From: Candidatus Pacearchaeota archaeon
Lineage (GTDB): Archaea; Nanobdellota; Nanobdellia; Pacearchaeales; GW2011-AR1
Direction of reading: 5' to 3'
Assembly (NCBI GenBank): GCA_017608305.1
Contig: JAFCGC010000001.1
Coordinates: 38,744-102,743, forward strand
DNA: 64,000 nt
The notes under the pieces were generated by a model. That model ran no database searches and had not been told where the DNA came from. It was given only the letters and a program-made list of their open reading frames with translations. A program made the position numbers and the translations under genes. This document shows, one piece after another, positions 1-10,064 of the stretch. Each line of letters opens with the position of its first letter. Position 1 is the stretch's first letter.

Positions 1-73
1 AGGGAATAAATCAAGATTTGTTAAAAAAAGGTCAAAAAATTTTAAACAAAGTTTATCCATCAAAGGCACAAAA

Positions 74-1165
74 TTGGGAAGAGGCCAGCATAGACTATGC
101 AAATGCTTATATAGCATTTTTTCTTCAAAAAATCTAATCAAAATGGAGATAGGTGAAGCGAGAAGAATAGCTACAAAAATTTATGTTGGGTTGGCTAGAG
201 TTCTAAAATTTCCTTCATTTATCCAGTTTGAACCTTCTAAAAAGTGTAATTTACAGTGTGAAATGTGTGAATATAATAAGATTTCAGGGGGCAAAGTTAT
301 GAATTTTAAGGAATTTAAACCTATTTTCAAAGACATAATCAAGGCCAATCCTTTATCAAAAATATTTCCAAAAATAATGTTGTTTGATATAACTGGAATA
401 GGGGAAGGATTAATGAATCCCGATTTTCTCAAAATTCTTAGATATATGAAATCAAAAGGAGTTACAATTACTTTCGCTACTAATGCTACCCTCTTAACAA
501 AATCAAATTCAAAGATGTTAATTGAGAATAATATTGACATTGTGTTTCTTTCTATTGATGGAGCAACAAAAAAAACCTATGAAAAAATAAGAAAAGGGGC
601 TAAATTTGATCATATTAAAAAAAAGATAAAAGAATTTAGTCTTTTAAAAAGACAATTGAAAAAAAATAAACCAAAATTAATGATTAGATTTTTAGCTTCT
701 AGTTTCAATATAGAAGAGATGCCCCTTATGGTTGATTTGGCTGAAGAGATTGGGGTCCAAGGCATAAGCATTACTAATATGAATACTGCTCCAGGAGAAG
801 AATATTTAAAAGCAGATAAAAAAAGATTTGATGAACTTGTAAATATTGTGAAAAAAAAGGCTAAAGAAAAAAATATCCAACTAGATGTAGGATTTACAAA
901 AAGGAGACCAATAACAGCCTGCAAAAGAGCCCTAAACTCTATGTATGTAAGTTGTGAAGGGTTTGTCTTACCTTGTTGTTTTATAAATCAGGGGGGAAGA
1001 TATGAAGAAATTACTAAAAAATACAATTTTGGTAATGTTAACAAGATAAATATAAAAGATATATGGAATTCTCAAAAATATAAAAAATTTAGAAATCAAA
1101 TAAGAAAGGGGATTGCCCCTCCGGTATGTCAAGGATGTTATTTATTTTATCCTATTAAAAAATGA
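74..1165 (+). CDS. Radical SAM protein with C-terminal SPASM-like Cys cluster
   Basis: CX3CX2C motif 'CNLQCEMCEY' near the N-terminus. C-terminal cysteine-rich region 'CEGFVLPCCF...PPVCQGCY'. Confidence 0.7.
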   Translation: MGRGQHRLCKCLYSIFSSKNLIKMEIGEARRIATKIYVGLARVLKFPSFIQFEPSKKCNLQCEMCEYNKISGGKVMNFKEFKPIFKDIIKANPLSKIFPKIMLFDITGIGEGLMNPDFLKILRYMKSKGVTITFATNATLLTKSNSKMLIENNIDIVFLSIDGATKKTYEKIRKGAKFDHIKKKIKEFSLLKRQLKKNKPKLMIRFLASSFNIEEMPLMVDLAEEIGVQGISITNMNTAPGEEYLKADKKRFDELVNIVKKKAKEKNIQLDVGFTKRRPITACKRALNSMYVSCEGFVLPCCFINQGGRYEEITKKYNFGNVNKINIKDIWNSQKYKKFRNQIRKGIAPPVCQGCYLFYPIKK

Positions 1166-2274
1166 AAACTGCTATAATCTGCATTGATGGGCTTGGAAAA
1201 GATTTAGTTACAAAAGAAAATACTCCTTTTTTGTATAAATTCGGGAAAGAGAATTATTTTTCTGAATTAAAAACCCTATTTGCGTTTACAGAGGAGTATA
1301 GTTTTTTTAGTGGACAAACCCCAAAACAACACGGGAAATGGTTTGAATTTGAAAAAACTAAAAAATCAATTTTTGGAAATATCTTTGTAAGGTTTTTCTC
1401 ATTTAATAAAAAGATAAGAGATTATGTTGGATCTTTAGTACAAATTTTGAAAAAAAGAACATGGCTAGCAAGAACATATAATATTCCTTCAAGTAAATTA
1501 AAATTTTTTGATTCAATAATCAAGGAAGGGTTATGGAATCTAGATTTTCTTAAGGATAAAAAAGTTGCCATGTATAAATGGCCCTTTATGATAAGTAAAA
1601 ATAAAGAAAATATCAAAAAAAAATTAATATTAAAATATGAAAATGATTCAGAAAGATTAAATAGGCTCTTTAGTATAAAAAACAAAGAGATTTATTATAC
1701 TCAATTAATGGAAATAGATAAAAATCTTCATAAATTTGGAAAAAAGAGTGAACAAGCAAAAAAATCTTTAAGAAAAATTGATAATTTAATAAAAAAATAT
1801 GTAGATAATTTTGAAAAAGAATGTGGATGGAATATTATTATTTGGTCGGATCATGGATTTGCAGACATACATAAATATATTGATATTGAAAAAATTCTTC
1901 CTAAAAGAAAAAATTATCTTTATTTTATTGCTGGAACAACAGTTCATTTTTGGTTTAAAGATAAAAAAACCAAAGAAGAAATTCTTTCCCAGATTTCGAG
2001 AAAAAAAGAGATTAAAATTTTAACAAAAAACCTGGCAGATAAATATAAAATTCCTTTTTCATCTAATTTTGGGGAAGTTATTTTGTATGTGGAAAAGGGT
2101 TCTTATTTTTTTCCAAATTTTTATCAGAAAGAAGAAAATGAAAAATTCCTAGGAATGCATGGATATCCCGACGACAAAGAATTAAATGGTATTTTTATTA
2201 CAAATATTGAAAAATTTAAGAAAAATAAAGTAAATAAAAGTTTAAAAATTGAAGAAGTAATCAAGAGAATATAA
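1162..2274 (+). CDS. Alkaline-phosphatase superfamily enzyme (type I phosphodiesterase/nucleotide pyrophosphatase-like)
   Basis: N-terminal 'IICIDGLG' metal-binding motif, 'WSDHGF' and 'GMHGYPDD' motifs typical of the AP/NPP core. Start overlaps the upstream stop (ATGA). Confidence 0.55.
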   Translation: MKTAIICIDGLGKDLVTKENTPFLYKFGKENYFSELKTLFAFTEEYSFFSGQTPKQHGKWFEFEKTKKSIFGNIFVRFFSFNKKIRDYVGSLVQILKKRTWLARTYNIPSSKLKFFDSIIKEGLWNLDFLKDKKVAMYKWPFMISKNKENIKKKLILKYENDSERLNRLFSIKNKEIYYTQLMEIDKNLHKFGKKSEQAKKSLRKIDNLIKKYVDNFEKECGWNIIIWSDHGFADIHKYIDIEKILPKRKNYLYFIAGTTVHFWFKDKKTKEEILSQISRKKEIKILTKNLADKYKIPFSSNFGEVILYVEKGSYFFPNFYQKEENEKFLGMHGYPDDKELNGIFITNIEKFKKNKVNKSLKIEEVIKRI

Positions 2275-2275
2275 A

Positions 2276-3517
2276 ATGGAAACAATAAAATATGATTTTG
2301 AGAAAGATAATTTAACTTTATATAAGCCCAAGAAAATGGAGGAAGTAGAAAAATGTATTGAAGAAATAATGGAAAGGAATAAGAAAACTCTTCCAAAAAA
2401 CAAAAAAGCTAAAATTCTAATTAAACCTAATTTCAATAATGATTTAAATGGCCTAACAGGAAATTCTAGTGATTTAAGAATTATAATTTCTGTAATAAAA
2501 TCTTTAAAAAAAAGAAAATATCAAAATCTAACTCTAGCCGATGGACCAAATTGTGGAGTTAATCATATTGGGATAGATGTGTTTTCTAGGTTATGTTTAA
2601 AAGAAATAGCAAAAAAATTCAAGATAAAATTAATTAATTTAAATAAGAGTGAAGGAAAAGAAATCCGCCTTACAACAAGTAAAAGTATTATTTCTAAATT
2701 ATGTTTAGAAGCAGATTTTATAATAAATATTCCTAAGATAAAAACCCATATGGAAGCAGGAATTACTGTATCTTGTAAGAATTATATAGGTTGTTTTCTC
2801 GGGACCGATAAAAGAAGGATGCATGATAATCTTGCTGCTAATATTATTAAATTAAATGAAATTATAAAAACAGATTTAATCATTGTAGATGGGCTAATTT
2901 GCATGGAAGGAAATGGCCCTGGAGATGGTATTTCTAAAAAAGTAGGTATTATTCTAGAAGGGCATAATCCCTATACTTTAGATTTCTTATGTAGTAAATT
3001 AATGGGGCTAAATTACAAAAAAATTGAATTTCTAAAATTAGCCATAAAGAAAGGATATATTTCTAACAAAGATGAAGAAAAACTAAAGAAAATAGCTCCT
3101 ATTGCAAAATTTCTTCCTGCAAAAAAAACAGTTTTTGGAAAAATATTTTTAAATAATTTTTTTATAGGAATAAGATTTCTAAAACCTCTTCAAAAAATCT
3201 TTGATAAAGGTTTTGTTCCTTGGTTTTTATTTAAATTAGGAATTAGACAAGATATCTATGTCCATGAAGAAAAAAACATAAAAAGATTATATGAAAAACC
3301 TAATTTAAACTCAAAAGAAAAGGGAGAAATAAAAAAATGCCTTGAAATTTATTGTCCTGTTAAATTAAAAAATCCAGATGACAAAAAATGTATTCAATGC
3401 ATGTATTGTTATCAGATTCTTCCTGAACTCATAAAATATGAAGGTTCACTAGGAGCATTTAAAATGCAAATAGATAGATTTGGAAAATATCTTAGGGGAA
3501 AATGGAAGACGAATTAA
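2276..3517 (+). CDS. DUF362-family protein with C-terminal 4Fe-4S ferredoxin-like Cys motif
   Basis: 'KILIKPNFN' N-terminus typical of DUF362. 'CPVKLKNPDDKKCIQCMYC' Cys cluster near the C-terminus. Confidence 0.45.
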   Translation: METIKYDFEKDNLTLYKPKKMEEVEKCIEEIMERNKKTLPKNKKAKILIKPNFNNDLNGLTGNSSDLRIIISVIKSLKKRKYQNLTLADGPNCGVNHIGIDVFSRLCLKEIAKKFKIKLINLNKSEGKEIRLTTSKSIISKLCLEADFIINIPKIKTHMEAGITVSCKNYIGCFLGTDKRRMHDNLAANIIKLNEIIKTDLIIVDGLICMEGNGPGDGISKKVGIILEGHNPYTLDFLCSKLMGLNYKKIEFLKLAIKKGYISNKDEEKLKKIAPIAKFLPAKKTVFGKIFLNNFFIGIRFLKPLQKIFDKGFVPWFLFKLGIRQDIYVHEEKNIKRLYEKPNLNSKEKGEIKKCLEIYCPVKLKNPDDKKCIQCMYCYQILPELIKYEGSLGAFKMQIDRFGKYLRGKWKTN

Positions 3518-4035
3518 ATGCTACTTATTTCAATAAAAATCCCTTAGTAAGGGTATTTTTTAAGGCAAAAACAAATTTGGCTATTAGAATGCTAAATTTA
3601 AAAAAAAAGGATTCTATACTTGATTTTGGGTGTGGGGCTGGCTGGTTGAAGAATAAATTAAAGAAACAAGGATATAATGTGGTTGGATTTGATGTCACTC
3701 CAGAACATACAGATATAAAAGATTATAAAAAAGTAAAGGCCAATAAAATATTTGCATTAGATGTATTTGAACATATTTCAAAGGATAAAATAAAAGAAAT
3801 AATTAAAAATTTCAAAAAAAATCCTGTATTTGATCTTGTTGTGGCCATACCCACAGAAAATTTAATTTCAAGAAAGATAAGAAGACTTTGTGGGAAAAAA
3901 GAAAAAGTTCCAGATCACATAACTTCTCTAAAAGAAATAAAGGAAATTTTGAAAAAAGAAAAACTATGTCTTGTAAAAAAAATTAATTATTTTACTATAA
4001 GTCATCTGTTTTTATTCAGGAAGCCTTGTAATTGA
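3502..4035 (+). CDS. Class I SAM-dependent methyltransferase
   Basis: Motif I 'ILDFGCGAGW'. Size about 177 aa. Confidence 0.55.
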   Translation: MEDELNATYFNKNPLVRVFFKAKTNLAIRMLNLKKKDSILDFGCGAGWLKNKLKKQGYNVVGFDVTPEHTDIKDYKKVKANKIFALDVFEHISKDKIKEIIKNFKKNPVFDLVVAIPTENLISRKIRRLCGKKEKVPDHITSLKEIKEILKKEKLCLVKKINYFTISHLFLFRKPCN

Positions 4036-5656
4036 ATTCGTATATTATTAAAACAGGTTGTTCTCCTTGATAAAAAGCTTGAACAGGGGTTACTCTATCT
4101 GGATATTCTTGAGGATAATTTGGGGCCCAAGTATATCGGGAATTTGCTGCTTGTTCATACATTGAAAGTACAAGATATTTGGGTTTTTCTCTTTCAATAA
4201 ATTCATAAAAACCCGTAGCATTTTGAGGTTCCATTCCTCTCCTAGGAGCAAGATAAAAATTATAGGTGGGTCTTTCTGAATAATAGGTATTTTGGGGAGT
4301 AGATGCAGTAATTATAATATCATCAGGCTCGGAATTTGCTTTTATCCATTCTCCTGCTTGTTTGACTTCTAAAAAAGAAGGTTTTTTTGACTCAACTAAG
4401 TCATTTCCAAATTTCATATTTGGAGTGAGTAATAATAAAAGAGCGAGAAAAATAACTAAAAATGTGGCTTTTTTCCTTATTTTAAAACTTCTATGGATAT
4501 AATTAGCAAGTTTGGGAAGAGGGAAAATAGCAATTAAGAATAAAAAAGGAAGAGTTTGCATCATATACCTTTGTTCTAAATGAGGAGCAATACGTCCTAA
4601 GATTAAAAAACAAGAAACAATCCAAGTGAATATAAACAATCTTTTTTGAATTTTTTTATTTGAAAAAATCTTATCAAATCCTAAAACCAAATCTCCAAAA
4701 AAATAAATAACTCCTATGAGGAAAAGTATATAGATTGGACTAAATACAAACAAAGAACTATATCCTTTGGAATTTCCATCTAAAATATAAGGCAAATTTG
4801 TAAAATACACAAGAAGTTTTGAACTATCTCCAACCCCTCCTACTTCCCCTGTCTCTGAAATTCCTTCAACCCCAAAATAATAATTTAAAACATCTGAAAC
4901 CGGATTTCCAAAATGTGTTGTGTGCATAACCATTTGGGGGACAAAAATCAGGGCAAAAATACCTACTGCACCCCAAAGTTTTTTATTTTTTAGAAATTTG
5001 AATTTCTCTTTCATGAAAACCATTGTTAAAAAAGGGATAGCAAACATAGAATACTGCATTCTTGTTAAACAAGTTAAAGCAAAAAATAGGCCAAAAAGAT
5101 AAATAAATTTATTACCTTCTTTTAAAACATAACCTTTCCAAAAAAATAGAGTTGCCGTCAGTAGAAAAAAAGTTGCAGGGATATTTGTTAAGGGTCTTCC
5201 ACTGAAAAAGATATATATCCAAGAAGAAGCTAAAGCAAGTGAAGTGAGTAAGGCTAATTTGCTGTTAAACATCTTTTTTATTAAAAGATAAGAAACAAAA
5301 ATTATCCCTGTTGAAAATAAAACTATAAAAAATCTCAGGGTTATTTCTCCTAAACCTAGCTTGAATAAAATCGCACCAAATAAAGCCCAGAAAAAACCTC
5401 TCCGATAATACCACATATCAATAAGATTAGAGTTCACTCCTGCCCATTTTTTTGCTGTAGCAAGATAGTCTGCAGCATCCCACCATATTGCTTGGTCTTT
5501 TGTTTTAAGAAACATCCAAAATCTTGCTATAAAAGCTAAAATCAAAATTGCCAAGAAAGCTTTATCATAATTATTTTCTACCCAGCCAAATAATCTTTTT
5601 TTCCATTTGTTCTTTGTTTTTTCAATTGTTTCTTCTCTTCTTTCAGAGTCTGTCAT
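4016..5656 (-). CDS. Multi-pass membrane glycosyltransferase, GT-C fold (ArnT/PMT/dolichyl-phosphate-mannose mannosyltransferase-like)
   Basis: 546 aa with more than 10 hydrophobic segments. Sits in a glycan locus. Architecture resembles GT39/GT83. Confidence 0.5.
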   Translation of the reverse strand: MTDSERREETIEKTKNKWKKRLFGWVENNYDKAFLAILILAFIARFWMFLKTKDQAIWWDAADYLATAKKWAGVNSNLIDMWYYRRGFFWALFGAILFKLGLGEITLRFFIVLFSTGIIFVSYLLIKKMFNSKLALLTSLALASSWIYIFFSGRPLTNIPATFFLLTATLFFWKGYVLKEGNKFIYLFGLFFALTCLTRMQYSMFAIPFLTMVFMKEKFKFLKNKKLWGAVGIFALIFVPQMVMHTTHFGNPVSDVLNYYFGVEGISETGEVGGVGDSSKLLVYFTNLPYILDGNSKGYSSLFVFSPIYILFLIGVIYFFGDLVLGFDKIFSNKKIQKRLFIFTWIVSCFLILGRIAPHLEQRYMMQTLPFLFLIAIFPLPKLANYIHRSFKIRKKATFLVIFLALLLLLTPNMKFGNDLVESKKPSFLEVKQAGEWIKANSEPDDIIITASTPQNTYYSERPTYNFYLAPRRGMEPQNATGFYEFIEREKPKYLVLSMYEQAANSRYTWAPNYPQEYPDRVTPVQAFYQGEQPVLIIYEFNYKAS

Positions 5657-5680
5657 TATACTACCATAAAATACTAGTTT

Positions 5681-7075
5681 TTATTTGTTATTATTCAAAT
5701 AGGCTATTGAAGCTTCTTTATCTAAACCCTCTATAATGTCCATTTTTTCAAATTCACTCAAATCAACCCACTTAAAATCTTCTATATCTTGGGTTTTTGA
5801 AGCATAATTATTTTTAGTCTTTACGAGATAACATTCCCCGTTAGTTTTTGATCCATCTTCTCTAGGATATTCATATTCTGAAATCTTGATAATTATTTTT
5901 TCAATCTCTAAATTCGTTTCTTCTTTTATTTCTCTACTTAAAGCTTGTTCTATAGATTCTCCTTCTTTAACAACCCCTCCTGGAAAAGCCCATTTATTTG
6001 CATGTATTTCTCCTTTTTTTCTTTTTATAATTAAAAATTTGTTATTTTCTTTATCTAAAATTATTGCATTAACAGCTTTAACTGGAGCTTTTTCATTTAA
6101 ACTCCCAATAACTTCTTGAACAGAAATACTATTCACAAGCTCTTCATCATAAAGATCCATTTTTTCTGGAAAAAAGCTCTCTAATAAAGGAGAAGTGATT
6201 TTAGTAAGAAGGCCATACCCTTCTACCTCATGGGGGGTGGTGCAAAAAAACAAAGCTATTGTTGGTTTTTTTAAGGCAAGAGAAACATGTAATGCAAAAC
6301 TATCTAAACACACTACCTTATCACAAACACTTATTAAAGAAGCAAATTCTCCATTTGTATTTAAGGGGTTATTTCTGATAATTTCTATTCCTTTTTCCTT
6401 TAATTCTTCATATAGTCTAGAATGGTCTTCTGTTTCATTAGGACCTCCGAAAAATAAAATGCTGTGTCCTAGGTTTGCTGCTTTTTCTATAAACTCTTTT
6501 ATTTTTTCCTTAGACCATTTTTTAGAAGGCCACCTAGGAGAAGCACCTATATGGATTCCTAAGATTTTTTTAGAAATTAATGAATTGTCTTCAATAAATT
6601 TTTTAGCATAATTCTGATCTTTTTCTGTTAAAAGAATTTCTGGGAGGTTTTTCTTATGAGGTAATTTGGCTGCTTCAAACATCATTTCTTGATAGGTTTT
6701 TCTATTAGCTTTTTTCAATTCGTCGTCGAATAAAGTATTAAGATAATATTCTGCTTCAAGATTAAATGCTGCTGGAAAGCCTTGTTCAGAATAAAAACCA
6801 CATTTTTCTTTGGCTTCAATTTCTATGGCTATTTTAGTCGCTTCATCTTCTATGTCAAAGTTATATAAAATATCAACAGGTTCTTTAGGATAACTATCTA
6901 AATTAAAGATTTTATTAATTAAGGGGTTATTTTCAATAAGGTCACTAATATTGGATTTAGTTATCCAACTTATTTCTGAAACAGGAAATTTTTCTTTAAT
7001 TGCCTTGAGTAAGGGAAGTGTCCTAATTACGTCCCCTTTCGCTCCTAATTTGATAATTAATATTTTTTTCATCAT
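5681..7075 (-). CDS. GT9 (ADP-heptose:acceptor heptosyltransferase-like) glycosyltransferase fused to a C-terminal NUDIX hydrolase domain
   Basis: N-terminus 'KILIIKLGAKGDVIRTLPLLKAIKEKFP' is typical of RfaC/RfaF. C-terminal Nudix box 'GGVVKEGESIEQALSREIKEETNLE' fits GX5EX7REUXEEXGU. Confidence 0.65.
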   Translation of the reverse strand: MMKKILIIKLGAKGDVIRTLPLLKAIKEKFPVSEISWITKSNISDLIENNPLINKIFNLDSYPKEPVDILYNFDIEDEATKIAIEIEAKEKCGFYSEQGFPAAFNLEAEYYLNTLFDDELKKANRKTYQEMMFEAAKLPHKKNLPEILLTEKDQNYAKKFIEDNSLISKKILGIHIGASPRWPSKKWSKEKIKEFIEKAANLGHSILFFGGPNETEDHSRLYEELKEKGIEIIRNNPLNTNGEFASLISVCDKVVCLDSFALHVSLALKKPTIALFFCTTPHEVEGYGLLTKITSPLLESFFPEKMDLYDEELVNSISVQEVIGSLNEKAPVKAVNAIILDKENNKFLIIKRKKGEIHANKWAFPGGVVKEGESIEQALSREIKEETNLEIEKIIIKISEYEYPREDGSKTNGECYLVKTKNNYASKTQDIEDFKWVDLSEFEKMDIIEGLDKEASIAYLNNNK

Positions 7076-7111
7076 AGTTAAATTTAAAACTAAAGTGCAT
7101 TTTTAAGGATT

Positions 7112-7534
7112 ATGAAGAAAAAATCTAAGAAAATATATCTTGCGGGAAAATTAGAAACAAAAAATGAAAGAGAACAATTAGAAGAAATCGATAAAATCTG
7201 TAAATTGTTAGGATTTGAAACTTTTCTTCCCCATAGAGAAATAGGAATTTGTAAGGGAATAGATGATGTAAAAAGAGTCTTTGAGGGAGATATAATCAAA
7301 GGTATGAAAAAGGTTGATTTAGTAATAGCTATTTTAGATGGTTTACATGTTGGTGCTGGAACTGCTTGGGAGTTAGGTTATGCTTATGCAAAAAAAATTC
7401 CCACAGTGGGATTAAAAACAGATGAGCCTGTAGAAGAAGCTATAGAATATTTAAGTTCAATTTTAATTGGATCTATGCCTATTGTTAAAAGTGTAGAAGA
7501 ATTAAAAGAATTTTTAATCAAAAGGCTTAGTTGA
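7112..7534 (+). CDS. Nucleoside 2-deoxyribosyltransferase-like protein
   Basis: 'KIYLAGKL...' N-terminus and a ~140 aa flavodoxin-like pattern. Confidence 0.35.
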   Translation: MKKKSKKIYLAGKLETKNEREQLEEIDKICKLLGFETFLPHREIGICKGIDDVKRVFEGDIIKGMKKVDLVIAILDGLHVGAGTAWELGYAYAKKIPTVGLKTDEPVEEAIEYLSSILIGSMPIVKSVEELKEFLIKRLS

Positions 7535-8422
7535 GTTAATTTCTGTTTCTCTCCATCCATCAGAATACTTCTGTTTAGATCTTATTTGCTTTAAAGCCTG
7601 AATATAAAGATATAATCTAGCAAAATAAAGTTGAAAGGCCCACCAAAACTCGTTTATTGTTTTGGGGTGTTTTAAAATAAAAAATACTCCTTCCTTAATT
7701 TCATTGAAAAAAGATTTTGTCCTTGGCATATTAGGTGCTATTTTATTAAGATTTTCATGAGCTTTAATATTTCTTATTTTTTGATTGATCCAATCTTTCC
7801 AACCAGTTGGATTTTTTACATAAACTTCTGCTCTTTCTACATAATTTGTTCTATATCCTTTTTTCCAAAATAAATAAGGAATAATAGCATCCTCTGAAGT
7901 TTCTAAAGGAAATTCTTGAATAATTCCATTTCTAATTGCAAAAAGATAACCAGAACATTCAAAAAATTTCTTGTTTTTTGATAATTTCTTTCTTGTTTTG
8001 TGTATTCCTGAAAAAAGAAAATGAGACCAATATCCATATTTTGTATTTCTGGCATCAATTGAAATAGGCCTCCCTGTAATACAGCCTATTTTTGGATCTT
8101 CAAATTCCTCTATTATTTCCCTTATTGTGTTTTCTGAAACATAAACATCTCCGTCTGTTAAAATAAAAATATCTTTTTTATTATCTGAAAAGTTTTCTTG
8201 AAAGAGAATATTTAAGGCATAACTTTTTCCTTCTCCAGGATCTAAAAAGAATTCTACTCTTTTGTCATTAATTTCTCTTTGTAAAAATTCTCCAACTTCT
8301 GGAAAAGGATCAACCACTATTATCTTGAATTTTTGTTTTATTTTTTGGTTTAAAAAAACCTTTACGGCTCTTATAGTGGCTTTTGGTTCATTGTAAGAAG
8401 TTATTATTATAGTTATCATCAT
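7514..8422 (-). CDS. Family 2 glycosyltransferase
   Basis: 'ITIIITSYNEPKATIRAV' N-terminus and a DxD-type 'TDGDVY' motif. Confidence 0.65.
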   Translation of the reverse strand: MMITIIITSYNEPKATIRAVKVFLNQKIKQKFKIIVVDPFPEVGEFLQREINDKRVEFFLDPGEGKSYALNILFQENFSDNKKDIFILTDGDVYVSENTIREIIEEFEDPKIGCITGRPISIDARNTKYGYWSHFLFSGIHKTRKKLSKNKKFFECSGYLFAIRNGIIQEFPLETSEDAIIPYLFWKKGYRTNYVERAEVYVKNPTGWKDWINQKIRNIKAHENLNKIAPNMPRTKSFFNEIKEGVFFILKHPKTINEFWWAFQLYFARLYLYIQALKQIRSKQKYSDGWRETEINSTKPFD

Positions 8423-8431
8423 TAAAAAATT

Positions 8432-8626
8432 TTAAACAAGATCTATGGGGTAGTCTTCAGGCCGAATAAGAATTATCTTTTCATTTAAAGGAGTTATTAC
8501 TGAAATTCTTACCTTGCTTTTTCCATGTTTTCCAATATTGGATATCTCTACATCTTCAACACCACATTCATTACCTGCAATTTTTATTTTATCTCCTTTT
8601 TTTATGTCTTTAGCTTGTTTTTTCAT
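8432..8626 (-). CDS. aif5A: Translation initiation factor 5A-like, N-terminal SH3-like domain only (truncated aIF5A)
   Basis: 'GKHGKSKVRISV' matches the hypusine-loop 'GKHGHAK' region. Only 64 aa. The C-terminal OB domain is absent. Confidence 0.45.
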   Translation of the reverse strand: MKKQAKDIKKGDKIKIAGNECGVEDVEISNIGKHGKSKVRISVITPLNEKIILIRPEDYPIDLV

Positions 8627-8657
8627 GGCAGAATAGTGTAAAGAGGCCTTATAAATT

Positions 8658-9320
8658 TTATTTAGAATAAAAATATCTTACAAAGTATATAAAAGGGGTA
8701 TCTAAAACAGCTACCAACAACTTTGCTATAAATAATCCAATCATTATTGGTAAAATAGGAAACAGGCCATAAAAGGCTATTACAACAAAAATAACAGTGT
8801 CAATTGCTTGACTTATGGTTGTTGAAAGATTATTTCTAAACCATAAATGTTTTGATTTTGTTTTTTTCTTCCAAAATGCAAAAGACCATATATCATGAGT
8901 TTGGCTAGATATATATGCTACTACAGAAGCCAAGACAATTCTCCAAGTATTTCCGAGAACTAAAGAAAACTGTTCTTGATAGCCCCAAAAACTGGCTCCT
9001 TGCCATTCAATAGCAATAAAAATTACTGCTAAAGAAAGTATGCTTGCAAAAAATCCACTCCAAACAGCTTTTTTGGCTATTTTTTTTCCATAAAATTCAA
9101 CTAAAATATCTGTTAATAAAAAGCTAGCAGAATAGGCAATTATTCCGGCAGGTATTGCAAAACTCCAAAAAGACACTAATTTATTAGCCACAACATTAGA
9201 AATTACAATCAACCCCACAAAAGCTCCAATTATTAATTCAACTCCTTGTTTTTTAGCAAGAATAGCGATTAGACTAACAAAAAATAAAAGTGCTAAAATA
9301 TAAATTAAGAGATCTAACAT
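8658..9320 (-). CDS. YhhQ/QueT-like (queuosine/preQ precursor transporter family) membrane protein
   Basis: About 220 aa with 6 TM segments. Adjacent and divergent to queC. Confidence 0.45.
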   Translation of the reverse strand: MLDLLIYILALLFFVSLIAILAKKQGVELIIGAFVGLIVISNVVANKLVSFWSFAIPAGIIAYSASFLLTDILVEFYGKKIAKKAVWSGFFASILSLAVIFIAIEWQGASFWGYQEQFSLVLGNTWRIVLASVVAYISSQTHDIWSFAFWKKKTKSKHLWFRNNLSTTISQAIDTVIFVVIAFYGLFPILPIMIGLFIAKLLVAVLDTPFIYFVRYFYSK

Positions 9321-9361
9321 TTCTGCATAAAATTTATATAGCTTAAAAAGATTGCGGAACT

Positions 9362-10063
9362 ATGGTAAATGCTATTGTGTTATGTTCGGGGGGAATTGAT
9401 AGTGTTACAACCGCGTATTATGTTAAAAAAAAGTTAAACTATGAAAAAATAATTTTTTTGTTTTTTGATTATGGGCAAAAAACAGTTCAAGAAGAAAAAA
9501 GAGCTTCAATAATTAGTGCAAAAAAACTAGGTGCAAAATTTATAGAGATTAAATTAGGGTGGTTAGGAAAAATTTCTAATTCCTTAATAAACAAGGAAGG
9601 AGAAATTAAAAAATTAAAAAGAGAGGAACTAAAAGATACTGCAGAAGAATCTAAAAACTGGTATGTTCCTTGTAGAAATACTGTTTTCTTAACTTCTGCT
9701 TTAGGTTTAGCAGAAGCTTTTTTTATAAAAAATAAAGAAATTTATGATCTTTTTGTTGGTTTTAAAAATGAAGGTAAAGAAGGTTATCCAGATACCACTC
9801 CAGAATTTGTCAAAGAAATGAATAAATTATCAAAAGTTTCTTGTGCAAGGGCCTTCAAAATTAAAGCTCCTCTAATAAAAAAAGATAAAGAAGAGATAAT
9901 AAAATTAGGAACTAAACTTGGAGTAGATTATAAAGATAGTTTTAGTTGTTATGTTGGGAAAAAGATTCATTGTGGATCTTGTTTAGCGTGTAAATTAAGG
10001 CAAGAAGGATTTTATTGGGCGGGATTAAAAGATCCAACTTCTTATCAAATAAAAGATAATTAA
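9362..10063 (+). CDS. queC: 7-cyano-7-deazaguanine synthase QueC (archaeosine/queuosine precursor)
   Basis: PP-loop 'LCSGGIDSVTTAYY'. C-terminal Zn ligands 'CGSCLACKLR'. Confidence 0.8.
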   Translation: MVNAIVLCSGGIDSVTTAYYVKKKLNYEKIIFLFFDYGQKTVQEEKRASIISAKKLGAKFIEIKLGWLGKISNSLINKEGEIKKLKREELKDTAEESKNWYVPCRNTVFLTSALGLAEAFFIKNKEIYDLFVGFKNEGKEGYPDTTPEFVKEMNKLSKVSCARAFKIKAPLIKKDKEEIIKLGTKLGVDYKDSFSCYVGKKIHCGSCLACKLRQEGFYWAGLKDPTSYQIKDN

Positions 10064-10064
10064 C

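Noticed and set aside
1811-2023. 70-aa plus-strand ORF
   Set aside because: It is an internal alternative frame of the alkaline-phosphatase-family gene.
4920-5102. 60-aa plus-strand ORF
   Set aside because: It is antisense within the GT-C membrane glycosyltransferase gene.
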